Origin: an archaeon
GTDB taxonomy: Archaea; Nanobdellota; Nanobdellia; SCGC-AAA011-G17; PNOQ01
Assembly (NCBI GenBank): GCA_021107835.1
Contig: JAIOSD010000020.1
Coordinates: forward strand, 1-40,792
DNA: 40,792 bases
Reading direction: 5' to 3'
The position numbers and the translations under genes are program-made. A model generated the notes under the pieces. The model was not told the origin of the DNA. It saw only the letters and a list, made by a program, of their open reading frames with translations, and searched no databases. This document shows, piece after piece, positions 19,031 to 26,803 of this stretch (its first letter is position 1; the number at the start of each line of letters is the position of its first letter).

Positions 19031-19803
19031 ATCTAGATACAAAAAACGAAATAACTTGGTGCCCAGGATGCTCTAATTTCATGATTCTAAATTCTGTGAA
19101 AAAAGCAATTAAAAAATCAAAAATAAAAAACTTCACTATGGTAACCGGAATTGGATGCCACGCAAAAATATTCGACTACTTAAACATCAGTGGAATCTAC
19201 GGCCTACACGGAAGAGTTCTTCCAACCATGTTAGGAATAAAAATAGGTAATCCAAAACTAAATGTGATAGGTTTCGCAGGAGATGGAGATACCTACTCAG
19301 AAGGTTTATCACACTTCATAAGCGCAGGAAGATATAATTCAAATATGACCTTATTAGTTCACGACAACCAATCATTCTCCTTAACAACAGGACAAGTAAC
19401 ACCAACTTCACAACAAGGATTCAAAGCTAAATCAGAACCACTAGGAAATTTCAATACTCCATTAAACCCTTTAAAATTAGCACTTTCCTCAGGAATAACA
19501 TTCATAGCTAGGTGCGACTCAAAAGATATTGATCACACAGCAAAGATTATAGAGCAAGCAATAAAACACAAAGGATTTGCATTCGTAGAAATAATTCAAA
19601 CCTGTTTAATATTTAACAAAGAGATGAACAATTTGAGTAAATACACTTACAAAGTAAATAACAGTAACATGAAAAAAGCCATAATTTTAGCAGACAAATG
19701 GAATTATAACTCTAAAAAAGGCAAAATTCCAATTGGAATTATTTACAAAGAAAAAAGGAAAACTTTAGAAGAAAATTGGCCACAACTAAAAAATGGCAGA
19801 TAA
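19027..19803 (+). CDS. 2-oxoacid:ferredoxin oxidoreductase beta (TPP-binding) subunit
   Basis: WCPGCSNF, GIGCHAKI, GFAGDGDTYSEG (TPP GDG motif). The start overlaps the upstream stop (ATGA). Confidence 0.9.
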   Translation: MNLDTKNEITWCPGCSNFMILNSVKKAIKKSKIKNFTMVTGIGCHAKIFDYLNISGIYGLHGRVLPTMLGIKIGNPKLNVIGFAGDGDTYSEGLSHFISAGRYNSNMTLLVHDNQSFSLTTGQVTPTSQQGFKAKSEPLGNFNTPLNPLKLALSSGITFIARCDSKDIDHTAKIIEQAIKHKGFAFVEIIQTCLIFNKEMNNLSKYTYKVNNSNMKKAIILADKWNYNSKKGKIPIGIIYKEKRKTLEENWPQLKNGR

Positions 19804-20647
19804 AAATAATATAGAAAAGATTACAACAGAACTAAAAAGCAAAAAAATGATTGCCTTAGTTGCCCCAAGTTTTGTTGCAGAATTTCAATATCCAAAAATT
19901 CTTATTCAATTAAAAAAATTAGGCTTCGATAAAGTAACAGAATTAACCTTTGGAGCCAAATTAGTAAATAGAGAATATCATTCCCAATTAGCAAAATCAA
20001 AAAGATTACTCATTGCTTCTCCTTGTCCAGGAATTGTTGAATTAATTAAAAAAAGATATCCAAAATATAAGAAAAACTTAGCTTTAATAGATAGTCCTAT
20101 GATAGCTATAGCAAAAGTTTGTAAGAAATATCATCCTAAACACAAAACAGTATTTATATCTCCCTGCGATTATAAAAAAATAGAAGTTTCTCGCACAAAA
20201 TATGTTGATTATGTTATAGACTATGAGCAGCTTCATGACTTAATTAAAAAAAATAAATTAAGTAAAGTAAACATCCCCAAGAAGAAACCCTTATTTAATA
20301 AATTCTATAACGATTACACAAAAATCTATCCTTTAGCTGGGGGACTAGCCAAAACCGCACATCTAAAAGATGTAATAAAAAAGAATGAGGTAAAATCAAT
20401 CGATGGTGTAAAAAAAGTTATGAAATTTTTAGATAATCCAGATCCAAAAGTAAGATTCTTAGATGTTTTATTTTGCGATGGTGGATGCATTGGCGGTCCT
20501 CGCACTTCAAAAAAACTAACAATAGCTCAAAAAAGAAAAAAAGTAATTAATTACATGAAAAAGTCTCAAGGGAAAAATATCCCAGAAGACAGAAAAGGGA
20601 TTTATGATAAAGCAAAAGGGTTGAAATTTACAAGAAAATCGTTTTGA
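19793..20647 (+). CDS. Minimal [FeFe]-hydrogenase H-domain-like protein (Fe_hyd_lg_C-like); function unknown
   Basis: Collinear with the remembered CpI H-domain. LVAPSFVAEF / LKKLGFDKVTELTFGAKLV / IASPCPG (cf. TSCCP) / FISPCDYKKIE (cf. MPCxxKKxE) / YPLAGGLAKTA / LDVLFCDGGCIGGP (cf. EVMACxGGCxxGGG). 284 aa with no N-terminal ferredoxin-like domain. The ATG overlaps the last codons of the OFOR beta gene. Confidence 0.8.
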   Translation: MADKNNIEKITTELKSKKMIALVAPSFVAEFQYPKILIQLKKLGFDKVTELTFGAKLVNREYHSQLAKSKRLLIASPCPGIVELIKKRYPKYKKNLALIDSPMIAIAKVCKKYHPKHKTVFISPCDYKKIEVSRTKYVDYVIDYEQLHDLIKKNKLSKVNIPKKKPLFNKFYNDYTKIYPLAGGLAKTAHLKDVIKKNEVKSIDGVKKVMKFLDNPDPKVRFLDVLFCDGGCIGGPRTSKKLTIAQKRKKVINYMKKSQGKNIPEDRKGIYDKAKGLKFTRKSF

Positions 20648-20713
20648 GAAATACTTTTTATATAACTTACAAATGTAATAAATATACTATCCGAATAAGC
20701 CCTGCTAATACAA

Positions 20714-21451
20714 TTAAGCCTGTTTGAAATGCTTAATAGCAAAAACTCTCAAGAATTTATCTACTTCTAAAAATAAAGGCAAAGATCTTTGTTCATCAAT
20801 TCTTCCCTTTTCTAAGTCATAAAGAGGTCTCATGTTTTTTCCACTAACTAAGCCATCTGGTTTAAAATGCCCTATAACTTCTTTAACCCTTTTTAAGAAT
20901 TCCTCAGCGCCAATCTTTGTTGGACCCTCTATTCTTTTTTCCAAATAAACTGGTTCTCCTCCAAGTGTCTTTTTTACAATCTTTTTTACATTAGAATGTT
21001 GATATAAATCTCGTATATTATTTTTTATCTCTCTAAACCACCCAGCTTCATCTGGATCTATATATTTTTTATCAGAACAAAATATTATGACATTACCCAA
21101 TGTAGCGGATTTTTCTCCAATTTCTCCAATTTCATGAGCTTCTTTCTTTTCTTTATCATATATCAAATCTTTCAGCAATGCTTCACATAAAATCCCACAC
21201 ATAACTATTGTAGCATTATGAAAACCTAAAGCACAGAGATAATATGTCTCAAAATAAAGTTTTCTTATTCCTACCTCTACATGTGGCAATTCTTCATTTG
21301 GAAGTTGTTTTATTCTTTCTATAAACTTCTTTTCTGACTCTTGAACAAATCCTTTGTATGCCTTTTCTGGTCCATTATGTATAGGTAGTTTAATCATTGA
21401 TTTTCCCTTATCCAAACAACCATTTTTTATTTTAATTAATCTAATTTGCAA
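20714..21451 (-). CDS. Hypothetical protein with an Rx4H motif; DUF4145/HEPN-like (tentative)
   Basis: 245 aa. The helix YYLCALGFHNATIVMCGILCEALLKDLIY is followed ~55 aa later by WFREIKNNIRDLYQH. R147-x4-H152 is encoded at 21013-20996 and was verified as CGA GAT TTA TAT CAA CAT. This layout recalls DUF4145-type HEPN domains. Alternative start M19 at 21397. Confidence 0.55.
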   Translation of the reverse strand: MQIRLIKIKNGCLDKGKSMIKLPIHNGPEKAYKGFVQESEKKFIERIKQLPNEELPHVEVGIRKLYFETYYLCALGFHNATIVMCGILCEALLKDLIYDKEKKEAHEIGEIGEKSATLGNVIIFCSDKKYIDPDEAGWFREIKNNIRDLYQHSNVKKIVKKTLGGEPVYLEKRIEGPTKIGAEEFLKRVKEVIGHFKPDGLVSGKNMRPLYDLEKGRIDEQRSLPLFLEVDKFLRVFAIKHFKQA

Positions 21452-21714
21452 TCATCAATACAACCGTCTAAATCCCAGTAACACTCATCAGGATAAGATT
21501 CTTTAGTCCAATATTCTCCATTAATATTTACACTATAATTCATATACATAGCCATACACTCATACATATCTACAACACACCAATCAACACAATCGGTATA
21601 ATCTTCATCTCTGTTTCCATCAAAGAATCCAAATAACCAAAGAAATACCAATATAGTCAAAATAAAAACTGGCCAATTTTTCTTAGTCATTTTAATGTCT
21701 TTCTTTTTATTCAT
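21436..21714 (-). CDS. Small membrane-anchored acidic Cys-rich protein
   Basis: 92 aa. N-terminal TM WPVFILTILVFLWLFGFF, then a 6-Cys acidic ectodomain (DCVDWCVVDMYEC...DECYWDLDGCIDDC). Overlaps both neighbours (4 nt and 16 nt), suggesting an operon. Confidence 0.5.
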   Translation of the reverse strand: MNKKKDIKMTKKNWPVFILTILVFLWLFGFFDGNRDEDYTDCVDWCVVDMYECMAMYMNYSVNINGEYWTKESYPDECYWDLDGCIDDCKLD

Positions 21715-21953
21715 TTTTTCTTCTCCTTAACACCCATTATTATAAAAATAAGCCAAAGGGCATAAGAGAAATAAATAAATGGTTCATATATCTCTGAATT
21801 TATGACGCAATGAACATCTGATACACTGATGTTTGGGCCTGAACTAAGTATAGTTGAATAAAGGCATGAGCCATTCATTGTATCAATTAAAATGAAGAAA
21901 ATCCCCATGCCCATACAGAGCCATGCTAAGGTAAACCATTGTTTCTTTTTCAT
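21711..21953 (-). CDS. Small two-TM membrane protein
   Basis: 80 aa with two hydrophobic helices (WFTLAWLCMGMGIFFILI; FIYFSYALWLIFIIMGV). First gene of the minus-strand cassette. Confidence 0.5.
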   Translation of the reverse strand: MKKKQWFTLAWLCMGMGIFFILIDTMNGSCLYSTILSSGPNISVSDVHCVINSEIYEPFIYFSYALWLIFIIMGVKEKKK

Positions 21954-22033
21954 ACTATTTTCATTGTTTATGTGGATTTAAAAGAGTTTTGAAATTTAAT
22001 AAATCTTATAAGTTATTTTGATTTCCTATTTTT

Positions 22034-22627
22034 ATGACTATTGATACTCTACCAAAAAGAAAAAAATTAGCAAAAAAATATTTGACCAAAAAAGAATGTA
22101 TTAGGTCTGCAAATCCCCCCAAAATATCCGAAAATATTTCCTTTCTCCTAAAAGTGTGTAACTTAGTCCATAAACATAGAATAGAATTTAAATTAAAACC
22201 CTCTAAAACAAGGATTACAGTAACACGTGCAAGTCCTGCCGAGCATTTACACAGATATATATTAATAGAGATGTATGGTTACTTTGAATCAATAAAACTA
22301 GCGCTACCACCTGAAATAATAAAAAAAATAAATTTTCCTGATTTTTATGAAGATGGTACTCTTAAGAAAGTTAGACACACGTTTGCCCATCCGGAGATGC
22401 CATATGAAAAAATAATTACCTCTCTTAATAATTTTGATAAAAAATATAGATTTTTTGATGTAATCGCTGAATTTATAAAATTTAGTGAAAAAACTAATTT
22501 TATGTTAACAAATTATAATGCAAAATTAGTGGCTAGTCGACTTAGTGATAAAGATAAAGAATATTTTTTAGAAAAATTCCCCGATAGTTACATGTCAAAA
22601 ATAATAAAAGATATGGGTGTGAATTAA
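22034..22627 (+). CDS. Hypothetical protein with an Rx4H motif (possible HEPN-like)
   Basis: 197 aa. LKKVRHTFAHPE has R114-x4-H119, encoded at 22373-22390 and verified as AGA CAC ACG TTT GCC CAT. No other family motif recognised. Confidence 0.55.
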   Translation: MTIDTLPKRKKLAKKYLTKKECIRSANPPKISENISFLLKVCNLVHKHRIEFKLKPSKTRITVTRASPAEHLHRYILIEMYGYFESIKLALPPEIIKKINFPDFYEDGTLKKVRHTFAHPEMPYEKIITSLNNFDKKYRFFDVIAEFIKFSEKTNFMLTNYNAKLVASRLSDKDKEYFLEKFPDSYMSKIIKDMGVN

Positions 22628-22704
22628 ACGCCTTCTAAATTGAATCCACATCCATAAAACATAATATCATAAATTTTAAATAGCTTCGGAGATTCTCTTT
22701 TTTT

Positions 22705-23037
22705 ATGAACAAAATAGGACAAGGTCAAAGTAATGCGGGATTATATTTTATTTTAGCTGTTGCTCTTATTTTTATTGTGTATTTCATTGGTAAGGTATTC
22801 AATGATGTTGGCCCAATAATTGTTTTAATTGGTACAGTATTGATTCTTATTGGAATTTATGTTGCAGGAGAAACCAATAATCCCACATTATTAATTATTG
22901 GGGGGATTATTTTTTTAGCAGGGATTCTAATCTGGGGCATTGGTTCTTCAATTATGGATTTTTTTAATAAAGACCAAGTTGGCCAAACATTAAAACACGG
23001 TGCAGAAACCACTTATAACACTACAACTCCAAATTAA
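22705..23037 (+). CDS. Small three-TM membrane protein
   Basis: 110 aa with three hydrophobic segments (LYFILAVALIFIVYFIG; IIVLIGTVLILIGIYVAG; LLIIGGIIFLAGILIWGIG). Confidence 0.5.
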   Translation: MNKIGQGQSNAGLYFILAVALIFIVYFIGKVFNDVGPIIVLIGTVLILIGIYVAGETNNPTLLIIGGIIFLAGILIWGIGSSIMDFFNKDQVGQTLKHGAETTYNTTTPN

Positions 23038-23165
23038 AGAGATAAATCGTAGAGACAACAAACTTTATATACGAGGAATTATATATAATGTTAAGGGGGT
23101 ATGATAGATTAAATTATATGTTGTACTTTTTTAAATCATAAAATTATTGGTTTTTATAATACTTT

Positions 23166-24044
23166 CTAACAAACAATAACCAAAATAGCACCAGCAACCA
23201 TCACTAAAGCAGCAATAACTCTCTTCTTATAATCATGCTCATGAAAGATACGACCACCAATTACAGTTGCAAAGAACACAGCAGTCCTCTTCATAGATAA
23301 AGCCAAAGCAACAGAAGAAGACGATTTAACAGCACTCAAATGAGCATATCTATAACCAATCGTAACAAAAGCTATCAATAATATCCATTTCCAAGAATTC
23401 CCAAAAGAACCTCGTAAATCCTTAAAACCACCAGCAAAAGCAACCATTAAAAGAAATATCAAACCATAAAACAAATGCTGAAATCCCATAAAAGCATTAA
23501 GACTCAAACCAAACCCTTTCAATAAAGCTTTATCTAAGATAGAAGTAATAGTAAACAAAATCAAAGCAAACACAATATATTTATGTCCTTTTAATCTAAA
23601 AAATCCCTTAAAAGGTTCAGTTAACTTAACATGTTCACCAAGCTGCAATAAATAAGTCCCCAACAATAAAAGTGCCATACCAACCAAAGCCAAAGCACTG
23701 ATAGACTCACCAAGAATAAAGAAAGCAAACAAAGCAACAAGACCAGGAGTTAGAACTAATAAAGGCAAAGCATGACTAAGCTCTAAATTCTTTATACCAA
23801 GCATAACAAAAAGAAAAGCAAAAGCTCCTAATACACTCTTAAACAACAACACCCCAATATTTAACAAAGATAAACCAGAAGCATCAATAAAGAAGAAAAA
23901 AGGTACAGCTATAATCAAATTAAAAAGAGCTAAAGTTGTAGCAAAACTCAAAGCTTTTTCCCGAAACAAAACTTTTTTCTGTAAAACCGCTGCAGTAGCT
24001 GAAAATATTGCAGCAATTATAGATAAATAATACCACTCGATCAT
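23166..24044 (-). CDS. EamA/DMT-superfamily transporter
   Basis: 292 aa, about 10 TM segments in two EamA-like halves. Typical length and hydrophobicity pattern. Confidence 0.8.
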   Translation of the reverse strand: MIEWYYLSIIAAIFSATAAVLQKKVLFREKALSFATTLALFNLIIAVPFFFFIDASGLSLLNIGVLLFKSVLGAFAFLFVMLGIKNLELSHALPLLVLTPGLVALFAFFILGESISALALVGMALLLLGTYLLQLGEHVKLTEPFKGFFRLKGHKYIVFALILFTITSILDKALLKGFGLSLNAFMGFQHLFYGLIFLLMVAFAGGFKDLRGSFGNSWKWILLIAFVTIGYRYAHLSAVKSSSSVALALSMKRTAVFFATVIGGRIFHEHDYKKRVIAALVMVAGAILVIVC

Positions 24045-24060
24045 TTTTTAATCGTTATAA

Positions 24061-24450
24061 TTAAAACTTTTTAACAATAGTTATTTTTTTCCCACCTTCA
24101 TGTGCTCCAACTCCAAGAGTTTTATTTGCAACAATTATTTTATGTTTAGGAAAAATCTTTTTAAGATTATAAACCCCAGCATCACAAGCAAGAACAATTT
24201 GAACATTTCCATGAAGTTGAGATTTATGCAATAAATCCCTATTACAAGGAGTTCCAATTAAATCAACATCAACAACATTAAACTTATCTTTCTTTAATTT
24301 ACTCGCAAGTTGTTTCATTACTTTTTCTCCACCCGTACCACACAATCTAGCACAAGTATTACAAGAAATAACACCTATTTTATCAGTCTTTTTTAATTGC
24401 TTTTTTATTTCTGTATAAGGAACAGATTTCGTTACAATCATCTTTATCAC
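24061..24450 (-). CDS. Hypothetical Cys-containing alpha/beta protein, co-transcribed with the ferredoxin
   Basis: 129 aa; IGVISCNTCARLCGTGG...IGTPCN...IVLACDAG. Alternating strand/helix pattern. Family not recognised. 2-nt gap from the ferredoxin gene. Confidence 0.55.
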   Translation of the reverse strand: MIKMIVTKSVPYTEIKKQLKKTDKIGVISCNTCARLCGTGGEKVMKQLASKLKKDKFNVVDVDLIGTPCNRDLLHKSQLHGNVQIVLACDAGVYNLKKIFPKHKIIVANKTLGVGAHEGGKKITIVKKF

Positions 24451-24452
24451 CC

Positions 24453-24632
24453 CTATTTAACCTTAATTGCTTTAGTTGGACAACTTTTAGCTGCTTTTTC
24501 ATTACAACCCACTTCCGCAGGATTAGAATCTATAGGTTTAGCTACATTCCCAACAAGCTTAAAATTATCACACACATCAACACAAGTACCGCAACCAATA
24601 CATTTCTTTTTATCAACTGAAACTTTAACCAT
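24453..24632 (-). CDS. Small single-cluster ferredoxin (Pyrococcus/Thermotoga type)
   Basis: MVKVSVDKKKCIGCGTCVDVC...C..KAAKSCPTKAIKV. The start is taken at the internal ATG (24632) because a TATATAAA box sits 23 nt upstream. The track's 24665 start falls just beyond that box. Confidence 0.8.
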   Translation of the reverse strand: MVKVSVDKKKCIGCGTCVDVCDNFKLVGNVAKPIDSNPAEVGCNEKAAKSCPTKAIKVK

Positions 24633-24654
24633 ATTTAATTTTTGAACATCTACA

Positions 24655-24662
24655 TTTATATA
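24655..24662 (-). promoter_or_regulatory. TATA box (TATATAAA on the minus strand) for the ferredoxin operon
   Basis: The plus-strand tttatata at 24655-24662 reads TATATAAA on the minus strand. It lies 23 nt upstream of ATG 24632. Confidence 0.45.
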
Positions 24663-24683
24663 CATTTCCTTTATTAAATAAAC

Positions 24684-25229
24684 ATGAAAAAAATCTTAGC
24701 AACAATATTTCTAACAATTATAATATTCCTCACAGTCTTAAATACAACTTTTCTAATTGAAATTTCAAAAGATAAAGAATTAAGTAATTTCTACTATAAA
24801 AACATAGAACTCTCAAGCAATTACTCACAAAAAGAAATAACACATATGCAAGAAGTAAAAAACTTAGTAAACCTTTCAATTTTTATTAATTTACTAGTAA
24901 TATTAATAACTTTGATTTTATTCAAATATTCAAACTTAAAAACAGTTGGAAAAGTAGTAATTTCAATTTCATTACTATTGTTCATCGGAGCGATATTCTT
25001 TCAGAAATTCTTTCACACCTTCCATTTAATAATCTTCAACTCAAACAATTGGCTTCTTCCAGCAACTTCAACACTAATACAAAATTATCCTTTAACTTAT
25101 TTCAAAGACAAATTTATTTTAATTAACACAATAAACTTAATCATAGGAATTAGCCTAGCTTCTTCAATTTTTCAAGTTCTTCATTCAAAACTCGAATCTC
25201 ATCTAAAGTGTTATACAAATAAAAGCTAG
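24684..25229 (+). CDS. Integral membrane protein, possibly the DUF1461 / TIGR01906 (Lit-like) family
   Basis: 181 aa. N-terminal TM, an extracytoplasmic loop containing EITHMQEVKNL (cf. the E..HM.DVK.L motif I recall for TIGR01906), then 3-4 TMs. The family call is tentative. The 3' end overlaps the convergent sufS-like gene by 80 nt. Confidence 0.5.
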   Translation: MKKILATIFLTIIIFLTVLNTTFLIEISKDKELSNFYYKNIELSSNYSQKEITHMQEVKNLVNLSIFINLLVILITLILFKYSNLKTVGKVVISISLLLFIGAIFFQKFFHTFHLIIFNSNNWLLPATSTLIQNYPLTYFKDKFILINTINLIIGISLASSIFQVLHSKLESHLKCYTNKS

Positions 25230-26292
25230 CTCTACAAGAACCCCCGATAGAATTAGCATTATACCAACTATGTACACAGTGTGCCCCACTTCTAATCATA
25301 ATATTTTTAGAAGCATCTAAGATAGAAGCAACCTCATGATAATTAACTCCAGGAATATTAAAATTAAAAATCCCCCCACCAGGAATCCCAACAACTTTCA
25401 AACCTTCAGTATCAATAGCTTTAACTAATTTTATTTCATGATCATGCACTTCATTCAAACCAATTTTACTCAAATATTTTGCAGCCTCACCAAGACCAAT
25501 TATCCCCGCATAGTTTTGTAACCCTGCTTCAAACTTATTGGGTAATTTTTCAATTTCAAAACTATCATAAGTTGAATTAACAACAGTCTCACCACCAATA
25601 ATAAACTGATCCATCTTTTCAAGTAATTCTTCTTTTCCATATAACACCCCCATACCAGATGGACCCAACATTTTATGCCCTGAAAACGAGATAAAATCAG
25701 CATCTAATTTACGAACATTAACTTCTTGATGTGGAATAGTTTGAGCAGCATCTAAATGAACTTTAGCCCCTTCTTCATGTGCAATTTTCACAATTTCTTT
25801 AGCAGGAATAGTATATCCATCTAAGTTAGAAGTAAAAACAAAACTAACAAAATCATAATCCTTAACAATTTCAGAAAATTTCTCAATATTAAACCCATTA
25901 TTTACTTTAAAAATTCCATACTTTTTAGTTTGCCAAGGCAATAAATTAGAATTATGTTCTCTATCTGTCAACAGAACTTTATCAAATTTAAAAGAGTTAG
26001 CTAACAAATTAATCGATTCTGTAGCATTCTTGGTAAATATTATTTCTTTAGATTTCTTAGCACCAATGAATTTTTTTATAACATTCCTAGCATCATCTAC
26101 CTCATCCTCAACTTTATTTCCCAACTTATGAATACTTCTCCCAGCACAAGCAGGATATTCAGTATAATACTCATTAATTTTATCAATAACTTGTTTTGGT
26201 CTTAGCGACATACATGCACTATCAAAATATATTATCCCTTTCTTTAAAATATGAAAATCTTCACGTATCTTCTCAACATTCATAACAATCAC
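25150..26292 (-). CDS. Cysteine desulfurase (class V aminotransferase, SufS/CsdA-like)
   Basis: FSGHKMLGPSGMGVLYG (PLP lysine), IRSGAHCV (active-site Cys loop), N-terminal IREDFHIL...IYFDSA. Confidence 0.88.
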   Translation of the reverse strand: MIVMNVEKIREDFHILKKGIIYFDSACMSLRPKQVIDKINEYYTEYPACAGRSIHKLGNKVEDEVDDARNVIKKFIGAKKSKEIIFTKNATESINLLANSFKFDKVLLTDREHNSNLLPWQTKKYGIFKVNNGFNIEKFSEIVKDYDFVSFVFTSNLDGYTIPAKEIVKIAHEEGAKVHLDAAQTIPHQEVNVRKLDADFISFSGHKMLGPSGMGVLYGKEELLEKMDQFIIGGETVVNSTYDSFEIEKLPNKFEAGLQNYAGIIGLGEAAKYLSKIGLNEVHDHEIKLVKAIDTEGLKVVGIPGGGIFNFNIPGVNYHEVASILDASKNIMIRSGAHCVHSWYNANSIGGSCRASFYLYNTLDEIRVLNEELEKLKKLG

Positions 26293-26335
26293 AAATCCAA
26301 TATAATTAATAAAAGTTTCTATCCTTCACAATCAC

Positions 26336-26767
26336 CTAACTATTACTATAAACTTCACATTCTCCACCTTCACAAAGAGTATCATCACAATCTACTTCTA
26401 TTTCATCAGGAGTAAAAAAACAAGTATCTGGATCAGCATCAGGACCATTACAATTATCATACACAACTAAATTATAAATCGCATCAGCACTAAAAGCTAA
26501 ACTAACAAAAAACAAAATTACAAATATCCAAGAAACAACTTCAAAATATTTATGAACCCCTTTAGCCAACCTAGGTGATTTATTCATAACCTTACCAACT
26601 ATTTTACTCTTAACCCTAATATCTAAACCCGATTGACATTTTCTTAAAGTAACTCTTCTAAAAACACAATCAAAAGCTTCTTTAGCCATTGGTCTATACC
26701 CTGCACTAAAAACCGCCAATACACCAAACACTATCAACGAAAGTAAACATATCATCAATCCAAACAA
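26336..26767 (-). CDS. Membrane protein with an acidic Cys-rich C-terminal ectodomain
   Basis: 143 aa with two TMs. C-terminus is YDNCNGPDADPDTCFFTPDEIEVDCDDTLCEGGECEV. Confidence 0.55.
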   Translation of the reverse strand: MFGLMICLLSLIVFGVLAVFSAGYRPMAKEAFDCVFRRVTLRKCQSGLDIRVKSKIVGKVMNKSPRLAKGVHKYFEVVSWIFVILFFVSLAFSADAIYNLVVYDNCNGPDADPDTCFFTPDEIEVDCDDTLCEGGECEVYSNS

Positions 26768-26803
26768 AATATATTAATTTAAAAAGATTTCTATAAGTTT
26801 AAT

